64,000 bases of DNA from Nitrospinota bacterium (GTDB lineage Bacteria; UBA8248), in contig JASLZZ010000034.1 of the NCBI GenBank assembly GCA_030754595.1, forward strand, positions 1 through 64,000. The letters run 5' to 3'. The notes beneath the pieces were generated by a model. That model searched no databases and was not told the DNA's origin. It saw only the letters and a program-made list of their open reading frames with translations. The position numbers and the translations under genes are program-made. This document shows, piece after piece, positions 52,017-61,543 of the stretch. Positions within the stretch are counted from its first letter, which is position 1, and every line of letters begins with the position of its first letter.

Positions 52017-53261
52017 TTACCCAATTCCCTTCGAATCCGAAATCACGCGGCGATAGAAATCCTCGAGGAGATCTCCCGCATCGGACCACCGGAAATTCTC
52101 CTCCGCGTAACTCCGGCATCGGGGCCGAATATCCGCCAGGGCCGACGGGAACACTAGCCAGGGGAGAACCGCCTTCGAAATTCCCTGGGGCGACGTTTCC
52201 TGAGCTACCAATCCCTTCTCAAGGGGAGCCAGAATTCCGGGTGTGGCTCCGATGGGCGTTCCGACGGCGGGAGTACCCGACGCGAGCGCCTCCAGCGTGG
52301 ACACTCCGTATCCCTCGAGAGAGCGTGTGGGCAGGATGAAAAGATCCGCGGCCTTGTAGTAGTCGGGTAACTCCCCATCCGGAACGAAACCGGCGAATCG
52401 AACGGAGGGGCCGATGCCCAGTTCGTTCGCCATCCGCTCGAGCCCTTCCCTCTCCGAACCCGTTCCCACCACCACAAGCCGAACGTTCGGCACGCGGGAG
52501 CAGATTTGGACCATCGCTTTCAGAAGAAGATCGATGCCCATTCGCCTCACAAGTCTTCTCACGGTCAACAAGGTCAGGCCGTCGAAACCCAGTTGGCGCC
52601 GGATACTCTCCCGACGCTCCCCTTGGGCGGGCGAGAACTGGTCCAGATCGATTCCGCCACGCAGGAAATCGATTCCCGCTGGAAGTATTCCGTGAACCCC
52701 GGCAAGACGATCGCGGCTGAACTCGCTCAGGACGGCAACTCGCCGGCACCGGATGAGAGAATCGCCTTCCATGTGGTGAATGCGGGCCGCTTTCAGGCGG
52801 GCTATCAATCGGTAGAGCAGGCGAATTACGGGTGAGAGGGTCTCCTCTCTCGCCAGCGCGTCCTCGATAAACTCGTCGCGCCAGGGGCTGTGAAATGTGC
52901 AAACCGCCGGGGCCGGAATTCCCGCGTGGAGCGCCGCATAGGCGGACAACCCCTGGTGGCAGTGAATGATGTCCGGCCGCCATTCTTCCGCGAGTTTACC
53001 GGCCGCCCTGGTGCAAGCAAAAATCGCCGAAAGATACCCGTCCCCGAATGAGCGCCTCCGCGAGGACCATCTCCGGATCCGGTAGCCTCCCCTCTCCTCG
53101 TCCGGTCCAGACCCCTCTCCGATCCGGCCCGCCAACACACATACCTCGTGCCCCTTGCCGGCCATCTCCCGGCTCCAGCCGTCCACTATCCGTTCCGCCC
53201 CGCCCTGGCTGTCCGGAAAGTAACTGTCAATGACCATCAGAATCCGTAGTGGCCTACTCAA
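52017..53261 (-). CDS. GT4 glycosyltransferase
   Basis: GGAER, TVRRLVRRMG and EGYGVSTLEALASG; TTG start at 53261 inferred. Confidence 0.88.
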   Translation of the reverse strand: MSRPLRILMVIDSYFPDSQGGAERIVDGWSREMAGKGHEVCVLAGRIGEGSGPDEERGGYRIRRWSSRRRSFGDGYLSAIFACTRAAGKLAEEWRPDIIHCHQGLSAYAALHAGIPAPAVCTFHSPWRDEFIEDALAREETLSPVIRLLYRLIARLKAARIHHMEGDSLIRCRRVAVLSEFSRDRLAGVHGILPAGIDFLRGGIDLDQFSPAQGERRESIRRQLGFDGLTLLTVRRLVRRMGIDLLLKAMVQICSRVPNVRLVVVGTGSEREGLERMANELGIGPSVRFAGFVPDGELPDYYKAADLFILPTRSLEGYGVSTLEALASGTPAVGTPIGATPGILAPLEKGLVAQETSPQGISKAVLPWLVFPSALADIRPRCRSYAEENFRWSDAGDLLEDFYRRVISDSKGIG

Positions 53262-53605
53262 ACCGATATGCTCCCCATGGTCATGCGGGGGAAAAGAAAA
53301 AAATTCTCGGCGGACGGAAAATAAAACGACGAACGGAAAAACAGGGGAATATCCACCTGGGCACAAAAGAATCTTTTTATCAGAAACATCTCTCCGGCGG
53401 GCATCGTGAAGTAATATTGCCCTTACTTTATCCTTCCATCAGTCCGGTAGACAAGTATGCAACACATCTTCCACCGTGATCCCTATACGCTCCTCCAATA
53501 CCATCCCCGAAACTATTTTCGGATGTTTTGATCATCGCCGCTTCCTGATAGCCTTTGAGGGGTGGCGAGGTTTAATTATTTTCCGACAATATCCGAGGAC
53601 ATACC

Positions 53606-53905
53606 ATGATCACGGTAGGCATGTACTACGACGTTATTAAAGGAAAAGAAGAGGAATTCGAGGAGAAATTCGAGGCGGTGACCACCGCGCTCGACGGCTC
53701 ACTCGGCCATGTGCAAAGCCTCCTTTACCGTCAGGTCAAGAAACCAAACTCATACACCATTCTTTCCAAGTGGGACTCACAGGACGCATTCAAGGAATTC
53801 ATTCAAAGTGACGCCTTTAAAAGAGTAACCGACTGGGGGAAAGCGGAGATCCTCGAGGGGCGGCCGCGCCATAAAATTTACGGAAACGAGGGGGATGTTA
53901 ATTAA
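53606..53905 (+). CDS. Antibiotic-biosynthesis-monooxygenase (ABM) domain protein
   Basis: KGKEEEFE...W.S..AF..F..S..F pattern; RBS GAGG. Confidence 0.8.
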   Translation: MITVGMYYDVIKGKEEEFEEKFEAVTTALDGSLGHVQSLLYRQVKKPNSYTILSKWDSQDAFKEFIQSDAFKRVTDWGKAEILEGRPRHKIYGNEGDVN

Positions 53906-53955
53906 TTACGCCCGAGTCCATCAAATCGACTGAAAATATCGAACAACGGATTTCG

Positions 53956-55197
53956 ATGAACGCACCAAACGAACAGACAAAAATCGTCCCCCATCAGCCG
54001 ACATTGCCCGTTTTGTGTCTCCTCGTATTTCTCGCGGTCATCCCCGTCACCCTTCTCGTCCCCATCCTGAAACCACTGGTCCTGGATCGCTTCCCCGTGG
54101 GGCCTTTTGCCGCCCACGCCTTTCTCTCCATCAACATGATTAGCGCTATTCTCGCCGCTCCGGTCGTGGGACTGATCGTTGACCGGATCGGCAAACGCCA
54201 GCCCATCGTTGTAATCGCTTTTGTTCTGGATGCTCTTCTTTTGCTCAGCATCAAATGGGCCCCCACCTACGCGGCCCTGATGGCGCTCCGCTTCCTTGAG
54301 GGAATCACCCATATCGCGGCTCTGACCGGTGTCATGGGAGCCGCTCTCACCCTAGCCCACCGGAATCCGGCCCGCTCGGGCGGAATCATGGGCGCGGTGG
54401 GGGGGTCCATTATCTTCGCCGTCGCCACAGGCGCCGGGTTGGGCGGCGCGCTCTCAACGGGCGGAATTCACCGCCCCCTCGTTGCCGCGGCAATGATTAG
54501 TCTAATTGGCGCCCTCGTCAGCGGTTGGGTACTCCGGCACGATCGACGGGTCCGCCCCACCGAGGGTGGGCAAAATCCGGCCGAACTCATGCGGATTATC
54601 CGCAAGGAAAGAGCCACCTTTATCCCCTGCCTGTTCACCTTCGCAGACCGGCTTCTCGTAGGAATCATGATCTCCTCGTTCAACCTCTACCTGGTTCAGA
54701 CGGCCGGCTGGTCGCCCAAACAGTTCGGCTTCCTGATGTCCACCCTTCTGATTCCCTTCGGGCTGCTTTGCTACCCTTTCGGGCGACTCTGCCGAACATG
54801 GTCGAAAAGCTTTCTTATCGTTGCCGCCTCCTTGCTTTACGCTATTTTCGTGTCCCTTCTCGGCTGGATTCCCACCGATTGGCTTTTTCCATCGATGCTC
54901 CTCCTCGGAATCATAAGCGCCCTGAATTTCTCGCCGAGCCTGGCCATCATGACCGACCTCGCGGGAAGCGAGATTCGCTCCACCGCGATGGGGGCCTTCA
55001 ACTCCGCCGGTTCGCTGGGGTTTTTTGCCGGCCCTCTTCTCGGAGGTGGCATCGTCCAGTTAATGCTTTCGAAGGGATCACCCGCCTCGGAGGCCTATAA
55101 AATGGCATTTATCGGCGGCGGAAGCGTCTCGATCCTCACCACCCTCATAGCCATCCCGTTCCTTATCCGGCTCGTGCGGGCCGGAAGGACCACCTAG
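53956..55197 (+). CDS. MFS transporter
   Basis: GLIVDRIGKR motif A; about 12 TM helices. Confidence 0.88.
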   Translation: MNAPNEQTKIVPHQPTLPVLCLLVFLAVIPVTLLVPILKPLVLDRFPVGPFAAHAFLSINMISAILAAPVVGLIVDRIGKRQPIVVIAFVLDALLLLSIKWAPTYAALMALRFLEGITHIAALTGVMGAALTLAHRNPARSGGIMGAVGGSIIFAVATGAGLGGALSTGGIHRPLVAAAMISLIGALVSGWVLRHDRRVRPTEGGQNPAELMRIIRKERATFIPCLFTFADRLLVGIMISSFNLYLVQTAGWSPKQFGFLMSTLLIPFGLLCYPFGRLCRTWSKSFLIVAASLLYAIFVSLLGWIPTDWLFPSMLLLGIISALNFSPSLAIMTDLAGSEIRSTAMGAFNSAGSLGFFAGPLLGGGIVQLMLSKGSPASEAYKMAFIGGGSVSILTTLIAIPFLIRLVRAGRTT

Positions 55198-55341
55198 ACA
55201 AACCTTAGGCTCTCGAGTGCGCCGATACTTTTTTCGTGCTATATTTGAATTAATTAGTCTAAAATGAAATCGTAATTTTCGTTTTCCCGAAGTCTTCATA
55301 CCAAAGTTCGTGCTGGATTATCCGAAAAGGGAATTGGAAAC

Positions 55342-56253
55342 ATGTCGAAAAAGGTGGCATTTCTCGGTCTTGGAAAAATGGGGGGCTTGATGGCGAAGCA
55401 TCTCCTCGAAGCGGGCTATTCCGTTACGGGCTATGACCCCGTGGCCAAGGCGATGGCAACGGCCAAGAAAAACGGGGCAAAAGCAGCGAAAACTCCCGCA
55501 GCGGCTGTAAAAGGGGCCGATATCGTGTGCAGCTCGCTCCCGACCCCGGCTGTCGTGCGCGATGTTTATCTGGGATCGGGCGGAGCCCTGAAGGCGCTCC
55601 AGCGCGGAGCGGTGATCTTCGAACTCTCAACCAGTACAGTCGATCTGGCTCGCGAGATTGCCGCGGCCGGAAAGAAAAAAGGTGTCGCCTTTCTCGACGC
55701 CCCCGTGAGTGGAAGTATCCCCCACCTCGCGAATAAACAGGTCGCTGCCATGGTGGGCGGCGACCGAAAGGCCCTGAAAAAGAACCGGGACGTTCTTGAG
55801 ACCTTCTGCAAATCGATCACATACATGGGGCCATCAGGCACCGGCCTGATAATGAAGCTCGTAACGAATCACATACTCTACATCCACCACGCCGGTATCG
55901 CCGAAGGGGTCGCCTTCGGGATGAAGGGAGGGCTGAAGGCCGACAAGATGGTGAAATTCCTCCAGGAAAGCGCCGTCCCCAATCTTTTATTCTACAAAGG
56001 GACGGAAATGGCCGCCCGCGATTACTCGAATGTCATCGCCCCGGTCGAGCTCAGCAAAAAAGACCTCGGGCTGAGCGTCGGGGAGGCGAACGACCTCGGC
56101 GTTCCTGTTCCGCTCGGCGTCGCCGCTCTCCAGCAATACGTCACGGCAATCGCACTGGGCTTGCGTCAAGCCGATTTCAACGCCGTTTTCGAGAGCTACC
56201 TGAACGCCGCAGGAGAGAAGCCCATGCGCCAGAGCAAGGGTCGAAGCCGTTAA
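55342..56253 (+). CDS. NAD(P)-dependent beta-hydroxyacid dehydrogenase (HIBADH/GarR family)
   Basis: FLGLGKMG, FLDAPVSG and MKLVTN. Confidence 0.9.
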   Translation: MSKKVAFLGLGKMGGLMAKHLLEAGYSVTGYDPVAKAMATAKKNGAKAAKTPAAAVKGADIVCSSLPTPAVVRDVYLGSGGALKALQRGAVIFELSTSTVDLAREIAAAGKKKGVAFLDAPVSGSIPHLANKQVAAMVGGDRKALKKNRDVLETFCKSITYMGPSGTGLIMKLVTNHILYIHHAGIAEGVAFGMKGGLKADKMVKFLQESAVPNLLFYKGTEMAARDYSNVIAPVELSKKDLGLSVGEANDLGVPVPLGVAALQQYVTAIALGLRQADFNAVFESYLNAAGEKPMRQSKGRSR

Positions 56254-56284
56254 TTTTTATATAAAACCCGAGGAGATTCGATTC

Positions 56285-57172
56285 GTGCCGAAGATAGTGG
56301 CTTATTTGGGATTGGGAAACATGGGAGGCGCCATGGCGGCAAATCTGCTCAAGAACGGGTTCGAGGTCCGCGGATTCGACCCTTCGCCCGCCGCGAGAGG
56401 GCGCGCCGAGGAGCAGGGCATACGGACGTTCGCCTCCGCCGCCGAGGCGGCCAGCGGAGCCCAGGTCATCTGCAGCTCGGTCCCCGAAACCCGGCACGCC
56501 GAGGAGGCCTATCTGGGCGAAAAGGGCGCTCTCGCGGCCGCGCCCGAGGGAGCGGTCTGCTTCGATCTCTCCACCATCACGGCCGATGGAAGCCAGAAAA
56601 TCGCCGCGGAAGCCCAAAAACGAGGCATCCGCTTCCTCGACACCCCGGTGAGCGGCAGCGTCCCCCAGGCCAAGGCCGGAACCCTGGCCCTCATCGCCGG
56701 CGGCGACAAAACCGCCTTGGACGAGCACGCCGACGTCCTCGGGACCATCGGGGAGTCCGTCCACCACTTCGGCCCAAACGGCGCGGGCCTCCAGATGAAG
56801 CTCGTGACCAACCACATCTTCGCCGTGCACATCTCGGCCATCGCCGAGGCCACCACCCTTGGCGCCAAGGCCGGGCTCGACCCCGAGGCGATGATGGCGT
56901 TCCTCAAGGCGAGCGTCATCCCCAAGATCCTTGACTACAAAGGCAGCACGATGATCGCAAAGGACTATACCCCCACCTTCACCGTCAACCTCATGCTCAA
57001 GGACCTGCGGATGATCACCGCCCTCGCCGAGGAGGCGAAGGTGCCCGCCCCCCTTTGTTCGATCGCGCGGCAGGTCTACCTGGGCGCGGCGGCGCTGGGC
57101 CACGGGGACGCCGACCAGAACGCCATCGTCGAATACTTCGAGGCGGGCGCGGGCATGAAGGCCGAGGGCTAG
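56285..57172 (+). CDS. NAD(P)-dependent beta-hydroxyacid dehydrogenase, paralog
   Basis: YLGLGNMG, FLDTPVSG, MKLVTN and MLKDL. Confidence 0.9.
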   Translation: MPKIVAYLGLGNMGGAMAANLLKNGFEVRGFDPSPAARGRAEEQGIRTFASAAEAASGAQVICSSVPETRHAEEAYLGEKGALAAAPEGAVCFDLSTITADGSQKIAAEAQKRGIRFLDTPVSGSVPQAKAGTLALIAGGDKTALDEHADVLGTIGESVHHFGPNGAGLQMKLVTNHIFAVHISAIAEATTLGAKAGLDPEAMMAFLKASVIPKILDYKGSTMIAKDYTPTFTVNLMLKDLRMITALAEEAKVPAPLCSIARQVYLGAAALGHGDADQNAIVEYFEAGAGMKAEG

Positions 57173-57424
57173 GCCCCCTCGGCGTCAGGGCGCCCAGGGC
57201 GAAAATATCGATCATCACTTCGCAGTTCCTGCCGCCACCCCGCGATTCCCGCCGTACCGCACAATTGCCGCCGGGCGCAATGAAAAGCCGCCGGGATTCC
57301 GCCTTAATTAACTATTTATCAACCAGTTAACAAATTCCCGCGCCGCCCGACCGAGTTTTATGCCCCCTCCCCCGTTAATTACTTGCTATTCCTGATAAAA
57401 ACGATATAGATTGTCCTCTAAATT

Positions 57425-57466
57425 CCGGGACACGGGTAGTCCCCCCGGGACATGGGTAGTCCCCCC
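57425..57466. repeat. 20-bp tandem duplication in the moeB leader
   Basis: ccgggacacgggtagtcccc followed by ccgggacatgggtagtcccc. Confidence 0.85.
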
Positions 57467-57702
57467 CAGCGCTTCAAATTTTAGACGCTTCACGAGAGAA
57501 GCCCAGCTGTTCAGGAACCCGGCGATTCAGTACCCTAGCTGTTCAGTAGCCAGACGATGAAAGCGGTTTCCCGGTGAAGGGCGGCCAGCCCCCCCCCTTT
57601 TTCGGGAAAGCGGACATCCGGGCAAGAACATCCGGCCGACACCTGTTAACGGTTTTTTTTTAACTAACGGTTTTTTCAACGCGAAGCCTAGGAGATCAAA
57701 GC

Positions 57703-58908
57703 ATGCCAACCACCGGACGCGACCTGCTGGATGCCGCCCGGCAGGAAATCACCGAAATCACCCCCGACGAGGTCGCCGAGCTCCAGGGGTCGGGCGGCCA
57801 GTTCGCCCTCATCGACGTGCGCGAGCCCGACGAGTACCGGGCCGGCTATATCCCCGGCGCCGACCACGTGTCGCGGGGCTTTCTCGAGCTCAAGATCGAA
57901 CAGGTCGTCCCCGAGCGCGCCACCCCGATCATCGCCTACTGCGCCGGCGGGGTCCGCTCCCTGTTCGCGGGGCAGGCTTTAAGGTCGATGGGCTACGACG
58001 ACGTGAAATCCATGTCGGGCGGCTACGCCAAATGGAAAGACCTCGGCCACCCCGTCGCCGTCGACAAGCAGATGTCCACCGAGCAGCTCGACCGCTACTC
58101 GCGCCATTTCCTTCTCTCCCAGATCGGCGAGAAGGGCCAGGCCAAGCTCCTCGACGCCAAGGTCCTCTTGATCGGTGCGGGCGGCCTCGGCTCCCCGACC
58201 GGCCTCTACCTCACCGCCATGGGCGTGGGCACCATCGGCATCATCGACATGGACGTCGTGGACATGAGCAACCTCCAGCGCCAGATCATCCACAACAACG
58301 ACCGCGTCGGCACCTCGAAGGTCGAGAGCGCCAGGGCCACCCTCACCGCGCTGAACCCCGACGTGAACGTCATCACCACCGAGGAGCGCCTCGACCGCAC
58401 CAACGCCCTCGAAATCCTCAAGGACTACGACATCATCGTGAACGGGGCCGACAACTTCCCGACCCGCTACCTCGTGAACGACGCCGCCGTCTTCCTCGGC
58501 AAGAAGATCGTCGACGCCTCGATCTTCAAGTTCGAAGGCCAGGCCACCGTCTACGACCCGGCCAACGGCGGGCCCTGCTACCGGTGCCTCTACCCCGAGC
58601 CCCCGCCCCCCGGCATGGTCCCCTCCTGCGCGGACGCGGGCGTCCTCGGCGCCCTCTGCGGCACCATGGGCTCGATCCAGGCCACCGAGGTCGCCAAGCT
58701 CATCGTCGGCTTCGGCGAGCCCCTCGTCGGCAAGCTGCTCATGTACGACTCCCTCAAGAGCCAGTTCCGGATCCTCAAGGCCCGGCGCGACCCCTCCTGC
58801 CCCGTCTGCGGAGACAGCCCGACGATCACCGAACTGATCGACTACGAATTCTTCTGCGGGTTGACCGAAGCGCCGGTGGGAGCCGAGGCGAACGGGCATA
58901 ATCACTAG
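57703..58908 (+). CDS. moeB: Rhodanese + ThiF/MoeB sulfur-carrier adenylyltransferase
   Basis: N-terminal IDVREPDEY...YCAGGVRS; RYSRH, GAGGLG, SNLQRQ, PCYRC and CPVC. Confidence 0.92.
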   Translation: MPTTGRDLLDAARQEITEITPDEVAELQGSGGQFALIDVREPDEYRAGYIPGADHVSRGFLELKIEQVVPERATPIIAYCAGGVRSLFAGQALRSMGYDDVKSMSGGYAKWKDLGHPVAVDKQMSTEQLDRYSRHFLLSQIGEKGQAKLLDAKVLLIGAGGLGSPTGLYLTAMGVGTIGIIDMDVVDMSNLQRQIIHNNDRVGTSKVESARATLTALNPDVNVITTEERLDRTNALEILKDYDIIVNGADNFPTRYLVNDAAVFLGKKIVDASIFKFEGQATVYDPANGGPCYRCLYPEPPPPGMVPSCADAGVLGALCGTMGSIQATEVAKLIVGFGEPLVGKLLMYDSLKSQFRILKARRDPSCPVCGDSPTITELIDYEFFCGLTEAPVGAEANGHNH

Positions 58909-58940
58909 AAGTCATTTTGAAGTTACGAAATGACTTCTAG
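58905..58940. repeat. 36-bp palindrome with CTAG at both ends
   Basis: ctagaagtcattt-N10-aaatgacttctag overlapping the moeB stop codon. Confidence 0.8.
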
Positions 58941-58960
58941 CCAAAAATGCTTTTTCTGTA

Positions 58961-59191
58961 ATGGCAAACGGAAGATTAAAAGAGGAACACAGAATTAATC
59001 TACAATGTGAAATGGATTTCACTGGCGAGGAAGAGAAAGAACCGCTATTACTAATTGCAGATCATATTGCTGCTGCATTCCGCCGAGAACATGCCCCGAT
59101 CATCGATAAATACAAAAGTGCTTTTTCCGAAAAACTTTTCGTAGGCGACTCCAGATTTGAATATGAATTTCCAAATCTAGACGGATCCTAA
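58961..59191 (+). other. AT-rich 76-codon ORF, probably a gene remnant
   Basis: Markedly lower GC than flanks; LLLIADHIAAAF weakly recalls the C-terminal motif of DUF3800-like proteins. Confidence 0.35.
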
Positions 59192-59222
59192 TCTTGACTA
59201 AAGGGGTTCTACCCCTACCAAC

Positions 59223-59303
59223 ACCGATCTGATCGACTACGAGTTCTTCTGCGGATTGAACGAGGCCGAGGGACCCGCTGGGGCGGCGGTGAACGGGCAT
59301 TAG
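59223..59303 (+). repeat. Diverged duplicate of the moeB 3' end
   Basis: Encodes TDLIDYEFFCGLNEAEGPAGAAVNGH* versus moeB TELIDYEFFCGLTEAPVGAEANGHNH* (58828-58908). Confidence 0.88.
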
Positions 59304-59372
59304 CAGAAGGAAAAAATTACACCGTCAGCGGAGTGAAGGAAAATTTCCCCGGACGATTGTCCGGGGGATTGT

Positions 59373-59867
59373 TCACGCCACCATCTCTTCAAATTCAAAT
59401 TCCTCGGATTCCACATCTCCATTTAAAATTACCCGCACAAATTCACGATCTCTTGGCGGGAAGAACTTTTTAATATCCTCCGTGTTTCCAACCTCCTTGG
59501 AAGCGGCATACACCAACCGAATCAGCCGGGCATTTGCCTTTCCCGGCAATACATGACCATTTTCCCACCTGGAATAAAGGGCGGTGTCCACACCGAGAAT
59601 ATCAGCCATTTCCTTGGCTTTTATGCCCATCCCCTTCCGCAGAAAAACTATGTCCTGCGCTTCGAGGGTGAGCTTCTTTGTAACAACCGCCTCGCCAATT
59701 CCCTCCAAAAGCATCTTCATATTCAGAATCCGCACAGATTTCTCCCCACACTCCCCACACCGCGCATATTCAATTCCCGAGAGATACACATAATCTAACC
59801 CGCTTGAAGTGAAATGATACTTTTCTTCAATCGGCGTCATTTCTTTTTCGCAACGTTTACATTTCAT
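59373..59867 (-). CDS. MqsA/YgiT-like Zn-finger + HTH antitoxin
   Basis: MKCKRC...CGECGE Zn ribbon, then LRKGMGIKAKEMADILGV...SRWENG HTH. Confidence 0.85.
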   Translation of the reverse strand: MKCKRCEKEMTPIEEKYHFTSSGLDYVYLSGIEYARCGECGEKSVRILNMKMLLEGIGEAVVTKKLTLEAQDIVFLRKGMGIKAKEMADILGVDTALYSRWENGHVLPGKANARLIRLVYAASKEVGNTEDIKKFFPPRDREFVRVILNGDVESEEFEFEEMVA

Positions 59868-59910
59868 CGGGCTTCCCCTTCCCAATTTTTCGATACGGCC
59901 CAATCCCCTC

Positions 59911-60221
59911 CTACCATCTGCCACAAGTAATCATTACCAACTCAGGAAATCTTTCATCTATCGAAAAAACAACCGCCAAACGGTTCCCATCCGTATCCTC
60001 TCCAACAATTTTGTAGCGATATTCCTGAAACGTGCCATTCCACCTTGGCCGATCAAATATCCGGCCGTGATAAATCACCTGAATCAGATCCCACTAAATT
60101 ACTTCCCATTCCACCATTCGATTTTCAAAATGCGGATGGGCTTGGCGGATACTACCTCCTTCGTAAAGCTCGGTTGCCCTTTCCTGCGCCTTCGTTGCGA
60201 TAGTGCTGGCAGTCTATCCAT
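59911..60221 (-). pseudogene. DUF4258-like toxin pseudogene
   Basis: ...HPHFENRMVEWEVI*WDLIQVIYHGRI...EYRYKIVGEDTDGNRLAVVFSI...VMIT; in-frame TAG at 60094-60096; the ATG at 60221 is out of frame. Confidence 0.7.
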
Positions 60222-60290
60222 TTCCTAGGACCCTTCTCCCCTTTCCATGAGGACACTTCCGTTCTTAACAATTACAATACCGGAGAAACA

Positions 60291-60317
60291 TGACTATAAG
60301 TCAAGTATATGTTGACT
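60291..60317. promoter_or_regulatory. Overlapping inverted repeats upstream of the TA pair (candidate antitoxin operator)
   Basis: TGACT-ata-AGTCA (60291-60303) and AGTCAA-N7-TTGACT (60299-60317). Confidence 0.55.
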
Positions 60318-60436
60318 AAAAATCAACTTCTCCTTTGTATAATATCGCTATAACATATTGTTTTTACTTCAATAGTGAACATTTTCGGGGGACAATTCCC
60401 TCCCCTCACCCCATCCCTCTCCCGAGGAGAGAAGGG

Positions 60437-60468
60437 GCAAAACCATTCGCGCACCTTCGTGCGCGACC
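60437..60468. repeat. REP-like hairpin repeat, copy 1
   Basis: tcgcgcac-cttc-gtgcgcga inside a ~31-bp unit repeated at 60974-61005. Confidence 0.75.
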
Positions 60469-60473
60469 CCTCA

Positions 60474-60860
60474 TCAATACTTCTCATCCTCGGGCGGCTG
60501 CTCTCCCGCCTGCTCCCCGGCGGGAACGCCCTTCAAACCCCAGGCGGTGTCCTTGACGTAGATGTAGACCAGATCCTCGCCGGGCTCGGCGGCGGTGTGG
60601 TGCGGGACGTTGGGGGGGATGTGGACGACGCCGCCGGGGCCGGCGCGGTGGACCTCGCCGGCGATCTCGGCACGGACCCGGCCCGAGATGATGTAGAGAA
60701 ACTCCTCGCTCGGGTGGTGATGGGGAGCCGAGCCCGTGCCAGCGTCCTTGGTGCGGAGGCCGAAGAAAATGCGCTCGCCCCTGACCGTCGGGCCGTGGGC
60801 GGTGGAAAGATCGGGGTTGTGCCGGACGTCGGGAAGCTCATCGAAGCGGTAGACGGGCAT
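60474..60860 (-). CDS. Monocupin (cupin_2) protein
   Basis: [15 protein letters not shown]...[16 protein letters not shown]. Confidence 0.87.
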   Translation of the reverse strand: MPVYRFDELPDVRHNPDLSTAHGPTVRGERIFFGLRTKDAGTGSAPHHHPSEEFLYIISGRVRAEIAGEVHRAGPGGVVHIPPNVPHHTAAEPGEDLVYIYVKDTAWGLKGVPAGEQAGEQPPEDEKY

Positions 60861-60973
60861 GGCGGCTCCTTTTGGGGGCGGCGGCGGGGCGGAAGGTTTT
60901 TGCTTGAGGACCAAGATATTACGGAGGCCGCCTTCTCAAACATCGGGCCGTGCCCTTCCGGTCCGGAGTTGGA

Positions 60974-61005
60974 GCAAAAACCTTCGCGCACCTTCGTGCG
61001 CGACC
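60974..61005. repeat. REP-like hairpin repeat, copy 2
   Basis: Direct repeat of 60437-60468. Confidence 0.75.
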
Positions 61006-61112
61006 TGTCGGAACGACCCCGGAGGGGCCAATGGCTCAGAAAATGGTCCGGTGTGATAGAAGGTCCTTATGGTGGTTCACTCACAAATCCTTTCATGGAG
61101 GTGGGACCTGGC

Positions 61113-61442
61113 ATGGTGCTCGCGGCGAAATCCATCACCCTCTTTATCTTTGCGGGGCTTCTTGAAATCGGCGGCGGCTATCTCGTTTGGCGGTGGTGGC
61201 GAAGCGGTGCGCCGCTGCTCGTCGGTGTGCTCGGCGCGGCGGCGCTGGTCGCTTACGGCATCGTCCCCACCTATCAACCGGCGCATTTCGGGCGCGTCTA
61301 CGCGGCGTACGGCGGCTGGTTCGTGGTGCTCTCCCTTTTATGGGGCTGGGCGGTGGACAACACCGCGCCGGACCGCTTCGACATCATCGGCGGCGCGATT
61401 TACATCGCCGGGGTGGTGGTGATCATGTACTGGCCCCGATAG
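61113..61442 (+). CDS. ynfA: YnfA/UPF0060 small membrane protein
   Basis: [23 protein letters not shown] and PDRFD. Confidence 0.92.
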   Translation: MVLAAKSITLFIFAGLLEIGGGYLVWRWWRSGAPLLVGVLGAAALVAYGIVPTYQPAHFGRVYAAYGGWFVVLSLLWGWAVDNTAPDRFDIIGGAIYIAGVVVIMYWPR

Positions 61443-61478
61443 CTTTTGGCGAAAACCAGAAAAACCCTTCGTTCCTGT

Positions 61479-61543
61479 CGGAGCGACTAGCGGAGCGACT
61501 TGCGGAACGGCTAGCGGAGCGACTGACGGAACGACTGGCGGAG
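61479..61543. repeat. 12-bp tandem repeat, about 5.4 copies (cggagcgactag)
   Basis: Units at 61479, 61491, 61503, 61515 and 61527; reads ERLA-ERLA in one + frame. Confidence 0.9.

Noticed and set aside
60375..61112. 355-aa N-terminally extended YnfA
   Set aside because: The extension is antisense to the cupin gene and crosses repeats; YnfA starts at 61113.
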